From the NCBI RefSeq assembly GCF_025370725.1, contig NZ_JAMXEZ010000006.1: a DNA stretch of 64,000 bases; one strand, given 5' to 3'. A program made the translations under genes and the position numbers. Of the stretch, positions 18,791 to 28,186 are shown in pieces. The first letter of the stretch is position 1. Every line of letters starts with the position of its first letter. Source of the stretch: Laspinema olomoucense D3c (GTDB lineage: Bacteria; Cyanobacteriota; Cyanobacteriia; Cyanobacteriales; Laspinemataceae). The notes under the pieces are model-generated. The model did no database searches. It saw only the letters and a program-made list of their open reading frames with translations, and was not told the DNA's origin.

Positions 18791-21700
18791 TTAGATTAAG
18801 CCGGTTTGTTGGGCGATTTCGGCGAGGGCAGTTGCTAATTTCAAGGGTTCCACAGGTTTAGCAACATGAAGATGAAATCCGGCTAAAAGGGCCTGTTGAC
18901 GATCTTCTTCCCGAGCGAAAGCGGTCAAGGCGATCGCCGGAATGGGCTTAGAGTATCCCGCCTCGCGCTGGCGAATTTTGCGGATCAAACCATAGCCGTC
19001 TTCATCGGGCATTCCGATATCGGAAATCAAGATATCATGGCGCGATCGCTCGGTGGCGGCTAGGGCTTCGGCAGCAGATAAAACCACCGTCGTCTTTACT
19101 CCATATTCCGCTAGGACTTGAGCAATTAGCTCTCCCGTATCGCGATCGTCATCCACCACCAGCACCTGTAAACCGGCGAGGTTAAAGGAGTGGTTCCCCA
19201 TTGTTTTTTTGTCCCAAGTCAGGGAATCGGGATCCAAAAGAAGGTTCTGGGAGACCCCGATAGGGAGGGCCACGGTAAAGGTTGAACCTGTGTCTTCTCC
19301 CTGGCTGAAGGCATGGACGGTTCCCCCATGCAGTTCGACCAAATAGCGCACAATGGTTAAGCCCAGACCGAGACCCCCGTGGGTGCGGGTGGAGGAACTG
19401 TTGGCTTGGCGAAAGCCCTCAAAGACGTGAGGCAGGAAGTCCGGACTAATTCCCATCCCCGTATCCTGCACCCGAAACTCCATGTAATCGCCCACCCGCT
19501 CGATCGCCACCGTCACCCGTCCGCCATTGGGGGTGAATTTTACGGCATTGGAGAGCAGATTCCAGACCACTTGATGGAGGCGGCTACTATCCCCTAAAAT
19601 GGGCTGTCCGTTTGAGTTGAACTGGGTGTGGATTTCAATGGATTTGGCTTCCGCTGCCGGAGTCAGGGTGGCGATCGCTTGTTCCACCAGAGTTTCCAAA
19701 TACAACGGAACTCGGGTCAGGCGAATCTTCCCGCGCACAATCCGGGAGACATCGAGGATATCATCAATCAGGTTCACCTGATGCTTAGCATTCCGTTCGA
19801 TGGTTTCCAGGGCTTTTTGTTGCGTCTCTTCCTTCAGGGTGCGAGAACGGAGCAATTGCGCCCAGCCGAGAATGGAATTCAGGGGAGTTCGCAATTCATG
19901 AGAGACGATCGCCAAAAATTCATCCTTGAGTCGGTTGGCTTTTTCGGCGCGATCGCGGGCTTGTTCCTGGGCCTCATAGAGGTTGGCCCGGTCAATGGCC
20001 AGGGCCACGCGATCGGCCACCAGTTGCAGCAAATAGACATCTTCTGCCATGAATTCTCGCGGCGACTCGGTACTGATATGGATCACCCCGAGTACCCGGT
20101 CTTGTAAGAGCATCGGTGCGCCCATAATTGACTCTATTTTTTTGTGTCGGAACAGGGGACTAATCACTTGAGTATGAGCATCGCGCTCAATCCGCATCGG
20201 TTGCCGAGTCTGGGCAATTTTTCCCGCGAACCCTAGGCCCATCGGGATCGGGATACTGGTTGAGAGGGGTTCGTCTAAATCTAAGCCTTTTGTGGCGGTA
20301 ACGATCAGGGCCGTTCCCTCTTCGTTGACCAATAAAATTACCGCAGCATCCACTTGTAAGACAGCGGTGAGGCGATCGAGCAACTCTTCGAGCAGATCAT
20401 GGAGAGACAAAGGGGCGATCGCCACATCCACAATCGCTTGTAACCGATGCACCATAGTCGTCGCCCGTTCTGACAAAATTCGGGCCGCTTTCTCCCGTTC
20501 CAACAACTCCATGCGCTCTTGCTGTGCCTGCTTGCGTTCGTGAATGTCCGTATTTGTCCCAAACCACTTGACAATCTCCCCCTGAGAATCTCGCATGGGC
20601 ACCGCTAATCCCAGATGCCAGCGGTAAGCGCCATCGCAACCCCGACGCATTCTGGCTTCAATTTCATAGGGTTGTCCGTTTTCCAAGCAAACGGTCCACT
20701 TTTTGCGACATTCGGCCAAGTCGTCGGGATGCACGATAGGCTCCCATCCCCAGCCTAAAAGTTCCGTCGGGCTCAAGCCGGTGTACTCACTCCAGCGGTG
20801 ACTCAGGTAATCTAGGGTCCCATCCGGGAGGGCGGTCCAGACCATTTGCGGAATCGCTTCACTCAGGAATCGATAATACTGCTCGCTGGCTTCGGCTTGA
20901 GTTCGGGCGGCTTGTTCCAGTTGCAAGAGTTGAATCCGTTCCGCTTCCGCCTCTTTGAGGGGGGTAATATCGATCGCCGACCCGATGAACCCGAGTAAAT
21001 TGCCCTCGGGACTTAACCGGGGAACCCCAGTTTCTAGCATCCACCGATAGGCTCCATCGGCTCGTTGTAGGCGGTATTCTTGGGTAAAGGGTTGGCTTGC
21101 CTTCACTGCTTGTTGGTAACTCAAGACGCACTGGACCTGCTCCTCGGGATGGATCCGGTCCCGATGGTTGAGGCCAGGGTCTGCTTCTAGTAATGCCCCA
21201 ATGAAGTTTAATCCCCACTTATTTAAAAAGGTCCATTGTCCCTGGCAATCGGCTACCCACAACAGCACCGGGGCCGTATCTGCCATATCCCTGAACCGTT
21301 TTTCACTATCGCGCAAGGCTTCCTCGGCCTGTTTCCGTTGGGTAATATCGTAGCGGATGGCCAAATATTGGAAGGGCTTTCCATGACTATCTAAAAACGG
21401 TACAATTACTGTATCCACCCAATAATAAGTCCCATCTTTGGCCCGATTCTTAATTTCTCCTCGCCACACTTCCCCCTGCGCAATGGTCCGCCAGAGATTG
21501 AGAAAAAATTCTTTAGAATGATAGCCGGAATTGATCAACCGATGGTTTTGTCCAATCAATTCTGTTTGGGAATATTTAGAAATTTCCAGAAATTTTTCGT
21601 TAACATATTGAATTGTTCCTTTAGCATCAGTGGTGACAACAATCGCTGATTTATCTAACGCAAATTGGAAATCGGATAATTCTTTCAAGGTTTGTTGGAG

Positions 21701-22897
21701 GTCGGCTTCTGCCCGTTTGCGAGCGCTGATGTCCCGCACTGATGCCATCCATCCTGAGTGACCCAAATAGAGTGTCGGTTGAATAACTGCTTCTAGGATC
21801 ACCGTTGTCCCATCTTTTTTGATCCCCATCACTTCCGATGCTCCCTCCTGTGTCCATCGGCAGTCGTCCAACATTAACTCGACTGTCTCCTCGGTAAAAA
21901 TATAGGCTAAGGGCCTTCCTACCAGTTCGTCCGGGTCATATCCAAATATCTTTTCCAAGGAGGGATTTACGGCAATCATGCGATCGCCCTGATAAAATAA
22001 AATCCCTTCCACTGTTGATTCAGCGAGGGTTTTAAACCGTTGTTCACTGGCTCTGAGTGCCGCCTCTGCCTGCTTGCTTTGGGTGATATCCCGGCTAATT
22101 TTAGAGAAGCCGTAAAGATTACCTTGGTTATCGTATAAAGGCGTAATTACTTCATGGACCCAAAAGCGGGTTCCGTCCTTTCGCCGTCGTTCTCCTTCTT
22201 GTTCCAACCGTCCCTGTTCTACTGCCTGTTTTAAGTCTCGTTCCGGTTGACCTTGGGCCACTGCTTCGGGGGGATAAAAGCAGGAAAAATGTTGTCCAAT
22301 AATTTCCTCGGCTGCATAGCCTTTGAGGTGTTTTGCTCCCAGATTCCAGCTATTTACTCGTCCATCGGGCCCAAGCATATAAAGTCCATAATCTTCGATG
22401 CCCTCTACCAACAACTGAAACTGTTGTTCGCTTCGCCGAAAAGATTCAAGATGTCTTTGAGCGATTCTGGCACTTTGGGCGCACTGTTCTTTCTTTTGTT
22501 GCAATGAACCGATGGCGATCGCAATTGCCGAACCTTCCAGCAGAAATAAAATTAACCGGAATGTTTGGCCCGGACTGCTTTCTATTTGGGGATAAAGCGG
22601 AGATAAAAATAAGTAACTGCTGGCTAATCCAGCCCCCAGGGTGGCCATCAGTCCCGCTTTCGTACCCCCAAACCAGGCACTAGCCATAATCGCTGCAAAA
22701 TACACCAAAAATGGGCTTTCCCGTAAGATTAAGGGTGCTAGGGCGCTTTTAACCGCCGTGGCGAGGGTGACACTGATGAGGGCAATGCCCAGTGGGTGCA
22801 GGAATTGTAGCAATGGCCTTGAATGCTGGTTTCTGGGATAGCAAAGCTGAGGCAGTTTGCTAAACAGACGCAGGAGGACAGATGGACTGATTTTCAT
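18791..22897 (-). CDS. Large multi-sensor hybrid histidine kinase: KdpD-like TM (DUF4118) N-terminus, multiple PAS/PAC domains, GAF, HisKA, HATPase_c, REC. Exact start uncertain.
   Basis: 1368 aa. The N-terminal 4-TM region resembles the KdpD sensor TM domain. There are about 5 PAS/PAC repeats (GxxExRxRxKDG-type PAC motifs recur), a GAF-like segment, H-box AIVSHELRTPLNSILGW, and a C-terminal receiver VLVVDDDRDT...ISDIGMPDEDG. The C-terminal kinase+REC module is about 65% identical to that of the 15461..18532 kinase. Confidence 0.85.
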   Translation of the reverse strand: MKISPSVLLRLFSKLPQLCYPRNQHSRPLLQFLHPLGIALISVTLATAVKSALAPLILRESPFLVYFAAIMASAWFGGTKAGLMATLGAGLASSYLFLSPLYPQIESSPGQTFRLILFLLEGSAIAIAIGSLQQKKEQCAQSARIAQRHLESFRRSEQQFQLLVEGIEDYGLYMLGPDGRVNSWNLGAKHLKGYAAEEIIGQHFSCFYPPEAVAQGQPERDLKQAVEQGRLEQEGERRRKDGTRFWVHEVITPLYDNQGNLYGFSKISRDITQSKQAEAALRASEQRFKTLAESTVEGILFYQGDRMIAVNPSLEKIFGYDPDELVGRPLAYIFTEETVELMLDDCRWTQEGASEVMGIKKDGTTVILEAVIQPTLYLGHSGWMASVRDISARKRAEADLQQTLKELSDFQFALDKSAIVVTTDAKGTIQYVNEKFLEISKYSQTELIGQNHRLINSGYHSKEFFLNLWRTIAQGEVWRGEIKNRAKDGTYYWVDTVIVPFLDSHGKPFQYLAIRYDITQRKQAEEALRDSEKRFRDMADTAPVLLWVADCQGQWTFLNKWGLNFIGALLEADPGLNHRDRIHPEEQVQCVLSYQQAVKASQPFTQEYRLQRADGAYRWMLETGVPRLSPEGNLLGFIGSAIDITPLKEAEAERIQLLQLEQAARTQAEASEQYYRFLSEAIPQMVWTALPDGTLDYLSHRWSEYTGLSPTELLGWGWEPIVHPDDLAECRKKWTVCLENGQPYEIEARMRRGCDGAYRWHLGLAVPMRDSQGEIVKWFGTNTDIHERKQAQQERMELLEREKAARILSERATTMVHRLQAIVDVAIAPLSLHDLLEELLDRLTAVLQVDAAVILLVNEEGTALIVTATKGLDLDEPLSTSIPIPMGLGFAGKIAQTRQPMRIERDAHTQVISPLFRHKKIESIMGAPMLLQDRVLGVIHISTESPREFMAEDVYLLQLVADRVALAIDRANLYEAQEQARDRAEKANRLKDEFLAIVSHELRTPLNSILGWAQLLRSRTLKEETQQKALETIERNAKHQVNLIDDILDVSRIVRGKIRLTRVPLYLETLVEQAIATLTPAAEAKSIEIHTQFNSNGQPILGDSSRLHQVVWNLLSNAVKFTPNGGRVTVAIERVGDYMEFRVQDTGMGISPDFLPHVFEGFRQANSSSTRTHGGLGLGLTIVRYLVELHGGTVHAFSQGEDTGSTFTVALPIGVSQNLLLDPDSLTWDKKTMGNHSFNLAGLQVLVVDDDRDTGELIAQVLAEYGVKTTVVLSAAEALAATERSRHDILISDIGMPDEDGYGLIRKIRQREAGYSKPIPAIALTAFAREEDRQQALLAGFHLHVAKPVEPLKLATALAEIAQQTGLI

Positions 22898-23263
22898 TAT
22901 GATTCAGAGGAGTCTGGATCTTGGGGATGGCACTTTCAAGGCGGGAACAGGAGAACGTTAAGAAACCACTTCATCATAAAGAGAGGTGCTTTTTTCCTTT
23001 TTTTGTGCTAAGCCCAGGTTCCGATTTAACCTCAGCCTCTTTTTCGTTCTATTCCTACCATTTTAGAATTTGGACTTGATTTCTGGGGAAAAAACCGATA
23101 AAACCCACTTAACCCGGATTTTTCAAGTAAATATACTTAGTTTGACTCATTCTATTTTCTCCTTTAATTGCTGTGAAGTCAACTCCAATTGCTACCCGGT
23201 CAACTGTAATTACATTAGAATTTCGTCGAGTAGGCATTAGTAAATCCTAAGAGTGGAAAGGCG

Positions 23264-24577
23264 ATGGATGAAATTTTAACGGCCCAATCCTTACCTCGGA
23301 GGCCCTATTTGGTCACCCCCTTACCGGGACCCCGCGCCCAAGAACTGGTCCAGCGCGATCGCGCCGTCACCTCTCCCTCCTATACCCGAGGATACCCCCT
23401 AGTCGTAGCCCGAGGAGAGGGCTGCTCGATCCAGGATGTGGATGGCAATGTCTTCCTTGACTTTACCGCAGGCATCGCCGTAACCGCCACAGGACACGCT
23501 CATCCCCAGGTGGTGCAAGCGATTCAAGCTCAGGCAGCCCAGTTGCTACATATGTCGGGGACCGATTTTTACTATGAACCAATGGTGGAACTGGCGGAAC
23601 AGTTGGTAAAACTTGCCCCATTTCCCGCCGGTGCCAAGGTCTTTTTCAGCAATTCCGGGGCGGAATCCAACGAAGGGGCGCTCAAATTAGCCCGCTATGC
23701 TACGGGTAAGTCTCAGATTGTGGCTTTTCTGGGGGCTTTCCACGGGCGCACCTTCGGCGCGATGTCCCTCACGGGTTCAAAGGCGGTGCAACGTCAAGGA
23801 TTTGGGCCATTATTACCCGGAATCACCCATATTCCCTACGGCACTCATGCCAGCTTAGATTACCTGGAGTTTCAACTGTTTAAGACGGTGTTACCCCCGG
23901 AGGAACTGGCGGCGATCATAGTTGAACCGATTCAAGGGGAGGGGGGATATTTGGTTCCAGAAGATGGATTCCTCGCCCGAATTCGCGAGATTTGCAGCCG
24001 CCATCACTGTTTGATGGTGGTGGATGAAGTACAATCGGGCATGGGTCGCACGGGCAAGTTGTTCGCGGTGGAACATTGGAATGTTATGCCCGATATCATT
24101 ACCCTGGCGAAAGGGATTGCTAGTGGATTACCCCTGGGGGCAATTCTCGCTCGTCCGGAATTGATGACCTGGCCCCCGGGTTCTCACGCTACTACCTTTG
24201 GCGGGAATCCGGTTGCTTGTGCCGCAGCTAATGCGACGTTACAGGTCCTCACGCAAGGGGCGATCGCCAATGCCACTCAGATGGGGGAGTTATTACAGGA
24301 GGGGTTGAGGAAATTAGCCATACCCTATCCCCAACTCTCACAACCGCGAGGGAAGGGGTTAATGGTGGCGGTGGATTTACTGGATAAATCCGGTGGTTTT
24401 GACCCGTCCTTACGCGATCGCGCGATCGATGAGGCATTCTATCACGGACTTTTACTGCTGGGTTGTGGCAAATCTGCGATCCGCTTTTGTCCCCCTTTGG
24501 TGGTTGATGCTGAACAAATTCAGGTGGCGTTAGAGATTCTCGATGCCTGTTTCGCCAAACTGTTTGCCACACTCTAA
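23264..24577 (+). CDS. Class-III PLP-dependent aminotransferase (GabT/ArgD/LAT-like omega-aminotransferase)
   Basis: 437 aa. Class-III aminotransferase architecture with the PLP-lysine region in the [16 protein letters not shown] context (the lysine at TLAKGI is the likely Schiff-base Lys). Confidence 0.8.
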   Translation: MDEILTAQSLPRRPYLVTPLPGPRAQELVQRDRAVTSPSYTRGYPLVVARGEGCSIQDVDGNVFLDFTAGIAVTATGHAHPQVVQAIQAQAAQLLHMSGTDFYYEPMVELAEQLVKLAPFPAGAKVFFSNSGAESNEGALKLARYATGKSQIVAFLGAFHGRTFGAMSLTGSKAVQRQGFGPLLPGITHIPYGTHASLDYLEFQLFKTVLPPEELAAIIVEPIQGEGGYLVPEDGFLARIREICSRHHCLMVVDEVQSGMGRTGKLFAVEHWNVMPDIITLAKGIASGLPLGAILARPELMTWPPGSHATTFGGNPVACAAANATLQVLTQGAIANATQMGELLQEGLRKLAIPYPQLSQPRGKGLMVAVDLLDKSGGFDPSLRDRAIDEAFYHGLLLLGCGKSAIRFCPPLVVDAEQIQVALEILDACFAKLFATL

Positions 24578-24730
24578 CGCCTTGGGGTTGCTGCATAGGG
24601 TTACAGGGACAAGAAACAGGGTTTCTTAACCACAATGTTGGGGATTACTGAGATCTTGCACCCGTTGCAACAACCGGCGGGGGTTTAAACGATTGGCGGT
24701 GTTTATCTCACAATTCCTGGAGGGATTCCG

Positions 24731-25693
24731 ATGAAACAAGCATTAGTCGCCCAAGCGCTATGGCATCAACTCTGGCTAGACTACAGTCACCGTGTTCCCT
24801 ACGCCCGAATTTATGAGGGGGTCATCTCGGAAGCGGGGGGAACTGTTGCGAATGATCATATCGCCTTTCGGTCCCTGGCCCTCTCTATTGAAACGGCGAT
24901 CGGAACGGTAAATTTAGGCATTCGTCACCTGGAACAGGTTCTCGATGGGTTGGGTTATGTGCAAATGGGACAGTTAGCTTTTCCTACCCAACACCTCTAT
25001 GCGCGTCACTATCGCCATCCACAACAGGACGAGTTTGATTTGCCGAAACTGTTTATCAGTGAGTTAATTGTGGATCAGTTGCCGCCGGAGGTGCGATCGC
25101 CTCTGGAAGAGACGGTACAGTGGGGTTTAGATATAGAGGGACTATTAGAGTGCCAGTCTGCTATTACAGACTTAAGGGCGATCGATACTCACCCCACAGA
25201 ACCTCACATTTTGGCCCAGCGACTCAAATGTCTGTTTGTTCGTCCCTGGATGCCTCCGTTGCGATCGCACCTGGAAACAGTCAATGCCGTGAGTCAGTAT
25301 GGGGCCTGGGTCTTGCTGCATGGCTATGCCGTCAACCATTTTACCGGCTATGTGAACCGCCAAAATACCCCCGCCTACCCAGATATCGAAACCACTGCGC
25401 AAGCACTTCGCAATCGAGGGGTTCCCATGAAAGCTGAGATTGAAGGAAGTGCTCAAGTCGGGTTACGTCAAACTGCAACCCAGGCGATACAGGAATCTGT
25501 CACTATCCGCAGTCGGCCCGAGGGTCCTTTTGTGCAAATTCCTTGGACTTATGCCTATTATGAAATTGCCCAACGATTTGCGATCGCACCCACCCCGGGA
25601 CATCCTGAACTCTTTCAAGGGTTCCTAGGCCCCAACGCCGCCCAACTCTTTGAAATGACCCGTTCCCAGGGAACCATCACCCCTCGGGGGTAG
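24731..25693 (+). CDS. DUF1338-family protein, possibly a 2-oxoadipate dioxygenase/decarboxylase (HglS/YdcJ-like). Assignment from memory and needs an HMM check.
   Basis: 320 aa soluble protein with conserved His-containing segments (NDHIAFRS, ...HGYAVNHFTGY...). Size and motifs are reminiscent of the DUF1338 VOC-like metalloenzyme family. It sits 154 nt downstream of the aminotransferase on the same strand. Confidence 0.4.
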   Translation: MKQALVAQALWHQLWLDYSHRVPYARIYEGVISEAGGTVANDHIAFRSLALSIETAIGTVNLGIRHLEQVLDGLGYVQMGQLAFPTQHLYARHYRHPQQDEFDLPKLFISELIVDQLPPEVRSPLEETVQWGLDIEGLLECQSAITDLRAIDTHPTEPHILAQRLKCLFVRPWMPPLRSHLETVNAVSQYGAWVLLHGYAVNHFTGYVNRQNTPAYPDIETTAQALRNRGVPMKAEIEGSAQVGLRQTATQAIQESVTIRSRPEGPFVQIPWTYAYYEIAQRFAIAPTPGHPELFQGFLGPNAAQLFEMTRSQGTITPRG

Positions 25694-26193
25694 CTTTGTA
25701 AAATTTTTGCATAAATTCGGTTAACGGTAACTTTCAATACAGTTTTGCCCGGGGGCTTTTGCTAAAAATTATTAAATAGAAAGCATTACAGAACTAAAAA
25801 CTGTTGCTAACGGTAAAGTAGAGAACTTAATCCTTGATTGGATTCTGATTTGAATTGACGAATTTAAACCTGGATTCAAAAGAATTGAGTCAACCTCGGA
25901 GTGGTTCTGTTTCTAAGTTTCACGTTCAATGCTTAGAAACAGTTGTTGGTTACACGGCGGGATAAAAGCCCGAAAGATAATAGCAGGTTTCCTGTTACTA
26001 TCTTTCGGGCTATTTGTTTCGCTATTCTCCTTGTTTGTAGTAACCACTTTATACGGAATCCGGTTTTTAAAGGTCTGCAAAAACCCGCAGGCTGAAGCCT
26101 GGGGCTATACGGACAAAGCCCGCCTGCGCGGGCTCAAGAAAAAACGACTTTTGACAACCGGATTTGGTAGAATGGGTAAGTCCTACCATTTGT

Positions 26194-27927
26194 TTAAAAT
26201 AGAAAATATCGCTGGGCCAAGGGCAACACTTGGGCGGGTTCACAGGTGAGTAATTGACCATCCGCCCAAACTTGATAGGTTTCTGGATCGACTTCAATAT
26301 AGGGCAGGGTCTCATTTAATTTCATATCCCGTTTCCCGATTTTCCGCGTGTCCGAAACGGCGATCGCCTGTTTTCGCAATCCTAACTGAGTTGGTATTTC
26401 TAACTCCAATGCCGCTTGGGAGACAAAGGTAAAAGATGTCGCCGTCCGCGACCCTCCAAAACTGGCAAACATGGGCTGAGAATGGATGGGTTGTGGAGTG
26501 GGAATACTGGCATTAGCATCTCCCATTTGGGCGTAGGCGATCGCCCCGCCTTTGAGGACGAGTTCCGGTTTCACCCCAAAAAATGCCGGACGCCATAAAC
26601 ATAAATCCGCCAGTTTGCCTTCTTCAATCGACCCCACATAATTAGCAATCCCGTGGGTAATTGCGGGATTAATTGTATATTTAGCAATATAACGCCGCGC
26701 CCGGAAATTATCATGTTCTGTGGTACTGGGAATCGCATCTTTCCGGTCATCCGCAGACAAAAACCCCCGTTGTACCTTCATTTTATGGGCGGTTTGCCAA
26801 GTGCGAATGATGGTTTCTCCCACCCGTCCCATTGCCTGAGAATCAGAGGAAATCATACTAAACGCCCCGAGGTCATGTAAAATATCCTCGGCAGCAATGG
26901 TTTCCCGACGGATGCGGGATTCGGCAAAAGCGACATCTTCTGGGATGCTGCGATCGAGGTGATGGCACACCATCAGCATATCCAGATGTTCTTCTAAAGT
27001 ATTGACTGTATAAGGTCGGGTTGGATTGGTGGAAGAGGGCAGCACATTTTTTTGGCCGCAAACCTTGATAATATCTGGGGCGTGTCCTCCGCCCGCCCCT
27101 TCCGTATGGTAAGTATGAATAGTGCGGTCTTTAAAGGCGGCAATGGTTTGTTCTACAAATCCGGCTTCATTGAGAGTATCGGTATGGATAGCAACTTGCA
27201 CATCATATTCATCAGCAACGGTTAGGCAAGTATCGATCGCCGCTGGAGTGGTTCCCCAGTCTTCGTGTAATTTTAATCCCATTGCGCCCGCGAGAACCTG
27301 TTCCACGAGGGCGCGGGGTCTGCTGCTGTTGCCTTTTCCCAGAAACCCCAAATTCACCGGGAAGGCATCGGCAGCTTGTAACATCCGGTGAATGTTCCAA
27401 GGTCCGGGGGTACAAGTGGTAGCATTTGTCCCGGTAGCGGGTCCGGTTCCACCGCCTAACATGGTGGTAATTCCCGAGGCGATCGCTACCTCAATTTGTT
27501 GGGGACAAATAAAGTGAATATGGGCATCAATTCCCCCGGCTGTGAGAATCATCCCCTCCCCGGCGATCGCCTCGGTTCCTGGACCAATAATAATATCAAC
27601 ATCATCTTGGATATAAGGATTTCCGGCCTTTCCAATTTTAAATATTTTGCCATCCCTGATTCCTACATCGGCTTTCACGACTCCCCACCAATCGAGAATC
27701 ACCGCATTGGTAATTACTAAATCTACCGCCCCGTTATCATTGGCAATGGGGGATTGTCCCATACCATCGCGGATGACTTTTCCCCCGCCAAATTTCACTT
27801 CATCGCCGTAGGTGGTAAAGTCTTGTTCAACTTCAATAAATAATTCTGTATCTGCTAACCGGATGCGATCGCCCACCGTTGGGCCGTAGGTTTCCGCATA
27901 AGCGCGGCGGTCCATTTTATAACTCAT
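26194..27927 (-). CDS. ureC: Urease alpha subunit
   Basis: 577 aa starting [34 protein letters not shown]... with the urease Ni-ligand regions ([23 protein letters not shown], carbamylated-Lys region). ureA and ureB are not adjacent. Confidence 0.92.
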   Translation of the reverse strand: MSYKMDRRAYAETYGPTVGDRIRLADTELFIEVEQDFTTYGDEVKFGGGKVIRDGMGQSPIANDNGAVDLVITNAVILDWWGVVKADVGIRDGKIFKIGKAGNPYIQDDVDIIIGPGTEAIAGEGMILTAGGIDAHIHFICPQQIEVAIASGITTMLGGGTGPATGTNATTCTPGPWNIHRMLQAADAFPVNLGFLGKGNSSRPRALVEQVLAGAMGLKLHEDWGTTPAAIDTCLTVADEYDVQVAIHTDTLNEAGFVEQTIAAFKDRTIHTYHTEGAGGGHAPDIIKVCGQKNVLPSSTNPTRPYTVNTLEEHLDMLMVCHHLDRSIPEDVAFAESRIRRETIAAEDILHDLGAFSMISSDSQAMGRVGETIIRTWQTAHKMKVQRGFLSADDRKDAIPSTTEHDNFRARRYIAKYTINPAITHGIANYVGSIEEGKLADLCLWRPAFFGVKPELVLKGGAIAYAQMGDANASIPTPQPIHSQPMFASFGGSRTATSFTFVSQAALELEIPTQLGLRKQAIAVSDTRKIGKRDMKLNETLPYIEVDPETYQVWADGQLLTCEPAQVLPLAQRYFLF

Positions 27928-28104
27928 TGATGTTCCCTCACTCCATTCTCGCCCATCATTTCAGGGTTCCAATTAGTTTATCCCATTTGAGGGAGAATTA
28001 AACAGGCATTAGTACGCTTGATAACAGCCTGGAGTAAAACAGGGGAATAAAGCTACCCAAATTCCCAGGAATCGATGACATCAACCGGGCGATCGAGACG
28101 CAGA

Positions 28105-28143
28105 TTTCAGAGTAAACACCCCACACCCTTGAGGGTGGGGTGT
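28105..28143 (-). terminator. Candidate terminator hairpin downstream of the CHAT gene
   Basis: Imperfect GC-rich inverted repeat ACACCCCACACCC...GGGTGGGGTGT about 45 nt after the stop at 28187, with a short U-run on the minus strand. Confidence 0.35.
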
Positions 28144-28186
28144 TCGTCACCCTCCGAAAATCCGATGGGTATCCGTCCTAATCGGG

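Noticed and set aside
19379-21353. Multiple 60-160-aa ORFs inside the 1368-aa kinase gene
   Set aside because: Same reasoning. The long ORF has uninterrupted PAS/GAF/kinase signatures.
25929-26249. 106-aa ORF (MLRNSCWLHGG...) in the ureC downstream gap
   Set aside because: Low-complexity composition and no domain. It overlaps hairpin-rich non-coding DNA (e.g. AGCCCGCCTGCGCGGGCT) and is more likely a structured 3' region than a gene.
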